A stretch of DNA of 63,370 nt, filler included, from Reticulomyxa filosa (Eukaryota > Protista > Foraminifera), in assembly GCA_000512085.1 (NCBI GenBank). It is 18 parts of 18 records of this genome, joined end to end, with 100 filler letters (N's around TTAATTAATTAA, not from the genome) between each part and the next. Parts side by side here need not be neighbours in the genome. Positions count along the whole stretch, not along the records: positions 52,523 to 58,060 come from ASPP01017009.1; positions 58,161 to 59,838 come from ASPP01022193.1; positions 59,939 to 61,258 come from ASPP01022399.1; positions 61,359 to 63,370 come from ASPP01024910.1; 14 more parts are not named here. The stretch is one strand, 5' to 3'. The notes below the pieces were generated by a model that was not told the DNA's origin, made no database searches, and saw only the letters and a list, made by a program, of their open reading frames with translations. The position numbers were made by a program, and so were the translations under genes. Positions 52,523-63,370 of this stretch are shown piece by piece. Each line of letters begins with the position of its first letter. The stretch's first letter is position 1.

Positions 52523-53420
52523 TTTTTTAAAAATATCTACAAACCTTCAAGTGTTTCAAAATACATTTCATTTTTTCTACAATTTTTTGTCAATTACAAC
52601 ATTTTTGTCATTTTCCATAACATTAGATTTTGCTTGTTGATTTTTTTTTTTTTTGCAAATTTGGTTTTTTTTTGTTTTTAAAATTTTCTGGTTTATTTTA
52701 TGTAATTTTTTTTGTGTTAATTTTTGTTTTGTTTTTTTTCTTTTTTTATCTTTCTTTTTATTTTGAGTTAGTAATTGTAATTTGAAAAAATTGAAAAGCA
52801 GCAAAGATATCATTATTTTTAAAAAATTAAAAGACTTTTTGGATTTTTGCGCGTCAGCATATGTTAGATTGTAAGTTTTTAATAAATATCAAAAAAAATA
52901 ATGAATTTTGCAATTGAAAATAATAATGATTTAATTTTAACAATTACAGTTCTTTAAAATTTGATATTTTTCAAAAAGCCTAAAAACTTTAAAATCAAAA
53001 AGTAATAAAAATAATATAATGAGATGGACAAAGCACCGTAAATTAAAAGTGCATTAGCTAAAAATAAAATTGCCAAAAATAATAATAAGTCAAAATGTTA
53101 ATAATACTTTAAAAAAAGAACAGTAAAGCTATCATGATAAGCTGAGACATTCTCACAACAAAAAAATAAAATACATACCAAAAACAAACGCCAAAACCTT
53201 TAAAAAAAGTAAAACAATACAAAATTGGCTAAAAATAAAAAAAATTACAAAAATTAATAAAGCACAATATTATTGTAAAAAAATGATAAAAATGTTTGTA
53301 ATTGACAAAAAATTGTAGAAAAAATGAAGTGCATTTTGAAACACTTGAAGATTTGTAGATATTTTTAAAAATTTTGAAAAAATGTTGATTTTTGACCTAG
53401 AAAATCGATCGCTTCATAAG
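52523..53420. mobile_element. MITE-like element with long terminal inverted repeats (family B); left end cut by contig start
   Basis: 52525-52615 is a near-perfect reverse complement of 53278-53370 (about 90 bp). The interior is non-coding, T-rich then A-rich. The right terminus is ...GACCTAGAAAATCGATCGCTTCATAAG. Confidence 0.75.
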
Positions 53421-53675
53421 ATAAAACTGTAAATGGCAAAAAAGTTTGTTGATTTAAGAATATTTTTGTAATAATTTTAGCAATAAAAGCTGAATCGAAA
53501 TGGATTATATGTCAACACAAAAAAAGGTAGTTTATGTAAATTAAATAAAAAATGGAAAAGTGAATGAGGCTTCAAAAGCTTTTTTATACAAAACAAATGT
53601 AAAGATTTTCAAAACATTTTTTTTGAGGAAAAAAGGGGACAAACAAGAAGACTGAGAGAAGGTCGAATGAAACTT

Positions 53676-54727
53676 TCAAAGCCTTCTAAGAGAGGCTTTG
53701 GTTTTGATCTTGGAACTAGCGGCAGTGGCTGACTTTTGTTTGTGCTTTTGTTTGTTTTGTTTAGTCTCGTTGTGAACAAACTCAGTGTGTTGTTTTTCCG
53801 TCGCTTTGTTACTATTATTATCGCTTGTGTTACTTGTATTGGTATTTTCACTTTCATTGTTAGCAAAGACCTCCTTTTTAACTCTTTTACTCTCGCTCAT
53901 CATAAGATTGCAACGTTCTACCGTCACACCATCCTTCTCAAAGTCAAAAGCACTGCTACCACTATCACTATTTTTTGCGCATTGCGTTTCCAATGTTCCC
54001 GACAAGTTCGAGCTTTTTGCATCTGTATCTGTTTTCTTGTCCGAAAGTGACTTTGCCACATCCAACTCTTCTTTAGATGCACTCATCGCATTTTCCACTG
54101 CTTTTTGTTTTGCACAAGTGCTTGTGGCAGCCTTGTTGTTATAATCAATTATTAGTATGTATAATATTCTCAACACGAAAATCCGCGGACTTTTGCAAAA
54201 AAAACACAAACAAGCAAAAACAGCTCAACTTTGTTGTCGGAACATGTCGGCTTGTGCGTGGGTGCATGAATTTTTGTGTACACTTTGGCTCGGTTGACAA
54301 AGTCTTGATACGATTCTCTCAACATTTTTCCGGCTTCTTCATTTAATGCACTGTCATAATTTGGATCGATCAACAAACTACGAATGGCCATTAAAATATG
54401 GCTGAGTCCGTAATTGGGCTTCCAATCCTTTTTCAAAGTGTTCACACATATCTCACCACTTTTGCAAGCAACGTTGGGATGAAAGATTGGTGTATCAAAA
54501 TATCCCTTCGGAGGAACGGTGGGAAAATCACCATCAAATTGAAGTCGCACGTGAAATATTCCGTTCTCATAAGGAGTGCTCTCCGGACCTATCATTGTTG
54601 CACGTATTGTACTTATGTCCTCCTCGTTCACATGAACTGTTATGTCTTCAAATGGCTTGCGGCTTAAAGCTCGTACATCTTTCAATATACGAGTTATTGT
54701 GGAAGGGTGCAAGCCGCTTGATGTCAT
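53676..54727 (-). CDS. UBE2S: Ubiquitin-conjugating enzyme E2 S, 2 exons
   Basis: GPESTPYENG, FPTVPPKGYF, IFHPNVACKSGEICVNTLKKDW (active Cys), SALNEEAGKML. The C-terminal KTKASLRRL* matches the UBE2S APC/C-binding tail (KKRALRRL). Confidence 0.92.
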
Positions 54728-56411
54728 CTGTCTTTTGTTCAAGTAACTGTCAACTGTATGCTTTTTGTTTTCACACTCTTGCACAAAGAAAACAATATAA
54801 AAAGAAAAACATACGAATCAAAGGACAAGAGATCTGAGAATAAAGTAGATACAAGTGACTTGAAGACGATCAAGTCCTGATGTAGTTGAAAAGTTCACTA
54901 AACACAAGGAAACACTGTTTCTTGTTGATCTGTTTGGATCATCAAGCAGCGGAGCAAAATTTTGAAAAATACTCGATAAATTTTAATTTAAGATATATTT
55001 CGTCTCCAATTATATATCCATAACAAAGCTCGATTTGAGGATGAACAATATATATAGATTGCAAGAATTGTTAGAATATGTTTGCCACTATTAACAAAAG
55101 CGGTGCTGCTTTTTAATACTTAAAAACTCGTTGAAATATAGACAAGTTACAAAGTGTCATAATCGTTTCTTGTATTCAAGTGATTCTATCAATTACAAAA
55201 AAAAAAGAATAAAATTTTAAATTTACATCTTGTCAGCTTCAATCGCGAAAAGGATGTGTTTTTTGAAGCTGCTTTCAATGTAAAAGGCAGTTTTGCACGC
55301 CAAATTTTGTGATGCAAAAATTTTCAAAAAAGTAGGTTTTATAATTTTGCAATGTAAAATTAATATTTAATCAAAATTAAAAATACCTACGAATATTACA
55401 GTCTTTAAATATGTTTTGTTTTTCATTATGTATTCTATCTTTCCAAATATTTAATACTCTTTTTGTTTTACTTATTGTTGAAGAGATCATAATTTTTTCA
55501 TTAAGTCTTAATTGCCTTTGATTATTTCATTTATTGTCGCATTTCATTAAGCTTTTGTACTAATACGTTTTTTTGTACGCTGATACAGTTTTTATTTAAC
55601 ACTATTTATAATTATTTCTTAAAAATTTTGATTAAATGATTTTTCATTGAAAAAAACATTATCTTTATAATGTGGCATTTTATGTCACCTTTTTTTGCAT
55701 TCTACTACAGAATTTTTTCCAAACACTGAATTCTCTCAGACGCACATGATATCACACTTTGTGTGTGATGTTGTATTGAGAGCATAAATCAAAAATTTTG
55801 GGACATTTTGAGGAGACAAGCGATTGTAATTCTTTCCAAATTGCCAATTATCTAGCCTATTCGATAGATAAACACACCTCGAGTGTGGAACGGGAAAGAG
55901 AAACAACGTGAGCTGACTTTACGGGTACTTCGGTAAATCATATAATGTGTCATCTTCAAATGACGAGTACATTACAAAGTGTGCAAGCAAAGACAGTAAT
56001 TTTGTACTCATAACGCAGTTCATTTTGTGGCTAACCTTGATGTAAAAAAAACTTTATGTAAGAAGTTCTTATAAAATTGTAATATTGAAACAAATGAAAA
56101 TATAATACAAATCAAGACCTAATTGAAAAAAAATGGTCAGAAATGCCAAGAAATAAATCTTAAAGATTTTCCGTGGTGGTGTCTGCTTTTAATGTATCAG
56201 GCTTATGAAACACTTTGTGAACATTTTTGAGATTCTTGCACAAGTATGTACTGGTTTTAGTTTTTTTTTAAAGTGAGTTTTTTTACTTCAAAAAATCAAA
56301 AGGATTAATAATAATAATAATAGTTTGAACAAGCAGTTCAAAATTTTGGTTCATTTTTTTTTAATTATTGAGACGAGTAAAAGTGTAGTGAAATCCTCAT
56401 CTTGAAAGAAA

Positions 56412-58060
56412 ATGGGTCGTATAAACTGTGCTCGTTGCTGTCACTGTTTTGGAGAGTCTCCAATGACGCCATGGGAGCGACTGAAGCTCGGTCCGTTCCA
56501 AAAGTGGAAGAAGTACGGACTGCCACCGTGGAAGTTGTTTTGTAATGTATTTTTAGTGATAATGACGACGTGTTCAATATACCTGATCGAAGAGAGCATA
56601 GCACCATACTCGCGAGTGCAGCAGTTGAACTGGGAGAGTATGTTGGTGCCAGGAGACCTGAGTTACACAGGCTACTCGTCGGACAACACGTACGATATCT
56701 TTACGATCGACGAGTTGGTGGAGAGCGTGAGCGCATGCGTGAACACGTACTATGATCTATTGAACTCGACAGTGGGCAACTACATGTACATGAGCGGAGC
56801 AAGCGAAGGTCTGGACAATGACACGATCCGACCAGTGGAAATGCGTCTGGTGCGCTACAAGGATCCAAGTAATCTATACAGCGCGAGCGACACATACTTT
56901 AGCAGCGATACGTATACGGAGACGTACTATTTGATAGGAAGTGGAGATGTGGGACCATTTGCAAATTGGTCTGCGAGACAAGAAATAGCATATTCGATGA
57001 GCGCAATGTATCTAACATTTGCAGTGCGAAATATGGCATTGGAAGGAGGAGACCGCGTATGTTATGTGAATGAAGTGAAGGAATCGTATCACTTTTATCT
57101 GCGAGGCAGAATTCAGTTGTCAGTGGAGCCATCGGTGTATCTGTGTGGAAGCGAATATCACAAGTCGTTGTTCGAAATGCACTTTGTGTCACTGGTAATG
57201 GTATTGCTGGCAGTCATCGTCGTGGGCGCGTGTTTGCAGTATCTACACATAAAGGCCATCATCAAGAACATTCGAATCTATCAACTCATCAAACAACAAG
57301 CGAAAAAGCGCATGGAAGAATGGAAAGATCTGTCATGGCGAGATAAATTGGAGTTCTTTAATGTCTGGTTCTTTGTCACAAGCATCGGTAATGTGGCCAG
57401 TATCATTGGCTCCGCATGGTGTTGTCGTTATCTCCTGTTCGAAACCAAGTCCATGAATTGGTATCCATGCTTCTTCTTCATTGGCATTGGATGCATGTTT
57501 TCATGGATCTCCATGATCCAATATCTGGAACAGTTCCCTCATTACTACTTCCTCATCCTTACACTCAAGACGTCCTCTCCGAGAGTACTCGCCTTTGTTG
57601 TCGGCGTACTGCCCATCTTCATCGGCTTTGCCTGCTTTGGCGTCGCATACTTTGCCACGTCGTCGTCACTCTTCTCTACCATCGACGAGGCCGCAGTCAC
57701 GCTCTTCTCACTCTTGAATGGAGACTCGATTCACGACGTCTTTGACGCCATCTACTCCGCTTCCCCTATCATCAGTCGTATCTATCTCTACACTTTCATC
57801 GCCCTCTTCATCTACGCCGTGCTCAACATCTTCATCGCCATCGTCGAAGACGCTTTCATGGCCTCGCGTCAAGCCAGCGAAAAAGAGCTCGAAGAGGACT
57901 TGCAAATGAAGCGCGTCGACGAGTCGCAGTTGGATGTTCTTGCGCTGGTGCAAGGACCGCCTATCCCTAGTCGCTTCAACACCCCTTCCATGCAGCCACG
58001 TCATAGGCGTAACTTTGATCAAGATGATCAAGAAGAAGAAGAAGAAGAAGAAGAAGAAGA
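56412..58060 (+). CDS. MCOLN: Mucolipin (TRPML) cation channel, intronless, 3'-truncated in poly-Glu
   Basis: PFQKWKKYGLPPWKL; large luminal loop; DKLEFFNVWF; LILTLKTSSPRVLAF; TLFSLLNGDSIHDVF pore; SRIYLYTFIALFIYAVLNIFIAIVEDAF. Confidence 0.92.
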
Positions 58061-59359
58061 NNNNNNNNNNNNNNNNNNNNNNNNNNNNNNNNNNNNNNNN
58101 NNNNTTAATTAATTAANNNNNNNNNNNNNNNNNNNNNNNNNNNNNNNNNNNNNNNNNNNNCAAAGTTTGAAAGTAGTTGTTGACTTGAGTAGACATCTTA
58201 GATGAATCTTTTTTTTGGAGCCCTTTTTTTGGAACGAACTTGAAAGTGATTGAAATATAAAAAAATGATTATTTTTATAAAATGATGAGCTTTGACTTCT
58301 TTAGATATTGTTGAAACACTTTGCATAATTGTATATTTGCAATCAATAAGAATTGATCGATAATCGCAAAAGCAAGAACATGTTCTTACAGACAAAATGA
58401 TAACTTATTCACATTTTATTTTTTTTGGATGATGTTTTCTTTTTAAAACTTTCGAAAAGAACATTCCTTGATGGAAAGAAATATAATGTTTTTTTTTTGC
58501 ATAGTATGAAAAGAACTCTAAAAATACTGCTTTTGAGTTACGCAGTCAGTATGTAGTGCCAATTAAAGCAAAAGTGTCAAAGTTGGATATCAGTTTGTAA
58601 TGAGGTAATTGTTTCTTTCGTGGGAGAAGAAAATAGATTTGCAAATAATCAATTTAACTGATTAAAAAATCATTTTTACTAATTGTAAAGATGTATGCCC
58701 GATTATCAATACGTTTTTTTAATTTGCAAAAATTGGATAATGTAATTGTTATGAAAAAATCTAGCTTTGTGATAGAAAATAGCAATAAAAATCAAAGGAT
58801 CGCCAATTCATTGAGAATTAACGAAAAAGTTGTCTTTTTTTTGTTATCTAACAGAGTGATTTAGGATTAATATACTTGTCAACAAAAAACAACAAGATTT
58901 TTTTTTATTTCGTTCTCGAAAAAAAAAACTACTTAAAAAAACTTTTTAGAGTCGACAAGAGTTTTTTGTACCTATTTGGTGTTTATGAAAAAATTGTTTT
59001 TAAATTCCTGTTCACATGGGTACACTAACAAATGGAAAAGAATTATTTTGCTTGAACACATAATAATATCGTATTCAATACAGTTCAAAAAAACATTAAC
59101 TTTTGTCTGATCGTAATTGCAATATAAAATCTATTTTTGATAAAAAAATTGTATTATAGACAACGACAATTTTTCAAAATCAGGTTTTTAAATACCCATT
59201 AAAAGTCGAACAACTATATTCATCAATCCTAACAGCATGGATAATTGAAATCTCATTCAAAGTTTGAAGGTTTTGTCCATTTTATATATGCCAATCATTA
59301 AAATTATTCTTTTTTTTGCATTTTACTTAGTTATTGAGAGAAAATGAGAAAAAGCAAAA

Positions 59360-59700
59360 CATATTAAATGTTTCACGATGAAAATAACAAAATAATTTGA
59401 TGGATCTTATATGGGAAAAAGTCAGTATAGACATGTTAAATTCTTTTTGAAACTTAGCCTCTTTGCATATTCCACTTAAACTTACAAATGTATAGCATAC
59501 AAATAAAACATTTTCATTTGTAGATTGTTGTTATTCTCGCATATTATTAAAAATGAATATTCAAGGACATCTAGATTCTGTTAATAATATACAATTTCAA
59601 TATTCAGACAATGTAACAATTATTAATTATCTTCTTGTTCGTTTGAAGAAAATTTTATGTTACCACATGAATATTTGTTGTCTTTTAACCTGTTTTAAGA
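59360..59700 (+). pseudogene. Possible decayed WD40-repeat fragment
   Basis: NIQGHLDSVNNIQF matches the WD40 GH...V..V.F start. Surrounding frames are broken. Confidence 0.35.
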
Positions 59701-59938
59701 GAAACTGCAGAAAAGGTGAATTTTATTTTTTTTGTCATCTTTATCAATTTTAAGAAAAAAAGTTCAGCTTACGCCGTCTAAAACTAGTTCAACAAAGAAA
59801 AAAAGAACACAACCAGTATTGGTAACTCAAAAGAAAAANNNNNNNNNNNNNNNNNNNNNNNNNNNNNNNNNNNNNNNNNNNNTTAATTAATTAANNNNNN
59901 NNNNNNNNNNNNNNNNNNNNNNNNNNNNNNNNNNNNNN

Positions 59939-60078
59939 TTTTAATTAAGAATGTTGGGGAAAATTTAATTAAAACCGTGAAAATTTTAATTAAGAAGGCC
60001 GGTGAAAATTTTAATTAAGAAAATTGGGGAAAATTTCAATTAAAAAAGTTGGTGAAATTTTAATTGAGAAAAATGGGA
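59939..60078 (+). repeat. About 24-25 bp tandem repeat (TTAATTAAGAAAATTGGTGAAAATT-like), about 6 copies
   Basis: Repeated ttaattaaga...gg(t/g)gaaaattt units at the contig start. Confidence 0.8.
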
Positions 60079-60289
60079 AAAAATGAAAAAATAGATAATT
60101 AGAAAATAAAAAAATGAAAAAGAAAAATAAAATAAAAATTGTAAAAAAGGAAAAAAATAAAAAAAGATGACAATGGGGAAAAAAGAAAAAAGGGGATAAA
60201 TTGGAAAAATAAAGACGGGAAAATACCCCGCAAAAGCGCTAGATCGCGCTAATTTGATGACGCCACGACCAATAAAGATTTCATCGAAG

Positions 60290-61258
60290 TGGCTAGTGTG
60301 ACAATATCAAGGAAGTTGCAATCTGAAAAATTGGAAGGATTTGCATATTCATAGGTTGATGGCGGAAAAATATCTGCGGATGATTCTTCATCAACAACAG
60401 TGGGAGCAGCTCGAATGGACTCATTCTTCACCTCAACTCTACATAAGAAGAATTGCGATTTACTGGAGCCAAGTACACAAGTCTTGTGAAATAGAAAAAA
60501 AAATAGGATGAAATCTTTTTTATTAAAATAAAAAAAACAATAATGTATACGTGTATGCACATACAGATGCGGGAAATAAAGCGAAAAAATGTGATTGGTG
60601 GCAATAATCGAATTTTGTGAGCTGTTTGCATAACGGGAAAAGTATGGCCCTTTCAAGCGATTTTGTGTGCAATGGAGGTGATTGGAAGTGGATTTTTGTT
60701 GAAAATGTTGTTGGACGTTTCGCTATAACGTTTCAAAAACAACAACTACGACTACATGCACAAACACCCTTCACGGGCTCAAACAGTGGAAACAGTGCTG
60801 CAAGAGTCGCTCTGATTACCTTCGCTGGACTGTCTCCGAGATCGGCTATGGGCTGACGGATGACTTGTTAGAAAGTATTAACACTAATGGGCGAGCAAAT
60901 TATGAAGTTCGGATAGTCACTATGTGCGAGCGGCCAATTTGATTGGGGAATTATACGAAACGAAGCCAATATCACTGGCAAAAAGGAGAAGAAGAAGCAA
61001 AGAAATAATATTCCAAGAGTCCGGGGGGCTATAACGCGTTGGATTTGTTTTTTTTTTAAAAAAAAAAAGTTTGTAGGCTTTACTACGTTTGATTATGGAA
61101 TTGCTCGTTATAAACACGAGTGGCGATTTTGCGCGTTGTCAGATATGGACGAACTTCCATAGCGCACCCCAATGGAACTGCTGGACGAGTGTGGTAATAT
61201 CAAGGCAGTGGCACCTGAATAATTGAAAAGACTTGCTATGTATACGTTGATGGCGAAT
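60290..61258 (+). repeat. Degenerate repeat family A, copy in contig 17 with internal tandem duplication
   Basis: 60296-60365 (gtgtgacaatatcaaggaagttgcaatctgaaaaattgg...gttgatggcg) aligns with 61189-61255. Also homologous to the contig 4 and contig 9 copies. Confidence 0.75.
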
Positions 61259-61732
61259 NNNNNNNNNNNNNNNNNNNNNNNNNNNNNNNNNNNNNNNNNN
61301 NNTTAATTAATTAANNNNNNNNNNNNNNNNNNNNNNNNNNNNNNNNNNNNNNNNNNNNATGAATTCAGTGATTGAAAAAACAGATAATTATTTATCATTA
61401 AAATTTTAATGACTAACCTTGAAATATATTTACTTGCACTAGTGAAAAGGAGATAAAAATTTTCTAATTACTAAAAAAAACCTTATAGCTTTTCAATGAA
61501 TATGTAATGTACCAATTAGGAAGAAATTAAGTTTTATAATATTTTTAATTCATTATTCATTATTTTATAAAGATTTCAGTTGCTTTCATTTTAAAAAAAT
61601 TGATTTTTCTTAACAACATATTGATAAATAATAAATTATTGTTATTTTTAGTATTAATTCATGACCAAACATGCACCGAAATTATTCAAGAATTTTGAAA
61701 GAAAAAAACATGAAAAATTTAAAAATTTGAAA

Positions 61733-63370
61733 TTATTTGTTGATACTATTAAATGGCTTTGGATTGATTTTTTTGATATCATCTGGTTGCAATTTTTGTC
61801 CATAAATTGCAATTCTTCCTTTTCCACCTTTATTTACCTCACCATACTCCCCCCCAATGCATTGGATAGTTCCAAAATCGTGAGAAAAAAGAGATTGCTG
61901 CAATTTAATTAATATTGATCCTCCACTTCCACCTCCACCCTTCATGCATGAATCTCCTCCATTGGATCGAATTGAGCCACGATTAAGCAATTGATGCTCA
62001 ATTATTAATTCAATTATTCCACCACCACTTCCTCCGTAATCATCTTTATGTTTAATTCCACGTCCACCTCCACTTCCAAAACAAATTTCTTTTTGTAAAG
62101 TCTCTTCTCCATATGTTGTCCCACCTTTTTTAAAATTATATCCTCCTTTTGTTCCATATCCACCACCACCACTATGACCATTACATTCTCCAGATTCACC
62201 TTTTCCTGGACCTTGATCCGAAGGATATCCCAACTCTGAACAATCAATAGTAGAGGAAGAATGTTTAATCCATAAATGACTAGCTTTGATTTTTAGATGT
62301 CCAAATTCTTTTCTATTAATAGTTTCATCACAGTGTACAGTTAATGTGATATTTTTTCCAACTAAATATACTCCAAAATTGTAATTACGCCATTTATTGT
62401 TTTTTAATCTAATTTGCTTATCATTTTCACTCACCAATAAAAAATCTACTCCATTTTTTAGGTTTGAGCAAGAAATAATTGAAACCATTTTACTACAATT
62501 GTGGGATTTAAAGATGGTGATATCTCGTTCTTTTTTTTTTGTTCATCATCACTATCTTCTTCTTCCTCATCTTCCTCTTCTTCCACTTTTTTTTCAAGTT
62601 GTGTGTTAATATGAAGTGGGCATTTTTTGATATTTGTATTTCGATTGTCTAACTCGGTTTTAATATTTTTTCTGTATTCTTCAGATTGACCAAACTCATT
62701 TGGTATTGTTTCAATATCATGTTGAGTAATATCCATTTTTAATTGTTGGATATTATTTACTAATGAATTATCATTTGAATTTTTTCCAATAATTTATCTT
62801 TTAAATTGTTGATTTGTTCGTTTTGTTGTTGTTTTAAATCATTCATTTCTGTTTTTAATTGTTGGATATCATTTGTCAATCCAATTATTTGATGGTCTTT
62901 TTTCAATACCTCGTCTTTTAAGTTATTCATTTGTTTCTGTTTTTTTTTAACATATTTTGAATTTGTAAAAAAAATTAAATAAAAAATCATTTAAAAAAAA
63001 AGAAACTATTTACATTGACTTCATCAATTTGTTTATGTTCATTCTCTTTCATCTTTTTGATTTGATTTTTATTTTCCATGATTTGTAATTTCGAATCTTG
63101 TATTTGTGATTGTAAATCTTTGACCATATTTTGTAATGTTTCAATGGGTTCACTTATTACAATTTGTGATGGAATAATTTGTTTAATTGGAATCAAATTA
63201 CATGATTTATCCAAATGATCTTTCATGTCTTTTATTTTTCCTTTGAAATTGCAATTACTTTTTGAAATTAATTCAGTGTCATTTTCTTCTTCTTCTCTTC
63301 TCTTGATTTTGTTTCTTCTTTCAAATGTCTTTTTTTCAAATCAAATTGTCGAGGACAAATTACCAATAAT
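61733..63370 (-). CDS. TRAF-ZF remnant / coiled-coil / C-terminal glycine-rich domain protein, 5'-truncated, multi-exon
   Basis: CNFKGKIKDMKDHLDKSC; long Q/K/N coiled coil; acidic linker; GHLKIKASHLWIKHSSSTIDCSELGYP...GGGGYGTKG...FGSGGG...GGSGGGIIEL...GGGSGGSILI...GGKGRIAIYG. Confidence 0.8.

Noticed and set aside
54728-54784. N-terminal extension of UBE2S given by the ORF track
   Set aside because: It starts at GTG. The ATG at 54727 matches the expected UBE2S start.
55750-55770. Small hairpin ATCACAC-tttgt-GTGTGAT
   Set aside because: A single 7-bp stem in AT/CA-rich intergenic DNA is expected by chance.
59939-60078. CRISPR array
   Set aside because: Units are head-to-tail and degenerate with no unique spacers, in a eukaryotic context with no cas genes.
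2205-61358. Regularly recurring palindrome TTAATTAATTAA as a CRISPR-like or biological repeat
   Set aside because: It is always centred in 44+44 N and has stops in all frames, so it is an assembly concatenation linker.
1-63370. Alternative genetic code or stop-codon reassignment explaining broken ORFs
   Set aside because: Breaks resolve as GT-AG introns or homopolymer indels. Long exons (979 aa, 550 aa) have no in-frame stops, and conserved genes end at TAA/TGA.

Overview
AT-rich eukaryotic DNA, not a continuous locus. It is 18 contigs (the first and last possibly cut by the window edges) joined by 17 artificial 100-nt linkers (N44-TTAATTAATTAA-N44), so adjacency across a linker means nothing. 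Short spliceosomal introns, poly-A/T tracts, (AAT)n poly-Asn and decayed gene-family copies suggest a rhizarian/foraminiferan protist of the Reticulomyxa type (inference). Recognisable genes: Ser/Thr kinase, Rab GDI, FN3-TLDc protein, Deg/HtrA protease, DNase II, CYHR1-like RING/TRAF zinc finger, RNB nuclease fragment, cystathionine beta-synthase, TBC1D5-like RabGAP, a giant RNF213-like AAA+ ATPase, FYVE protein, UBL protein, RPL31, PAP2 phosphatase, UBE2S, mucolipin and a TRAF-ZF/coiled-coil/Gly-rich family member. One GC-rich contig is alphaproteobacterial and carries two VPLPA-CTERM genes. Best leads: (1) an intron-containing SAM-SAM protein that runs into what looks like the start of a GGDEF diguanylate cyclase domain; (2) an RNF213-like protein with N-terminal SAM-like and cold-shock/OB-like domains; (3) introns with GTT donors and poly-A (not polypyrimidine) acceptor tracts; (4) two uncharacterised dispersed repeat families; (5) a DNase II with a hidden GPI-type tail. 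All calls are from motif recognition by eye; no searches were run.
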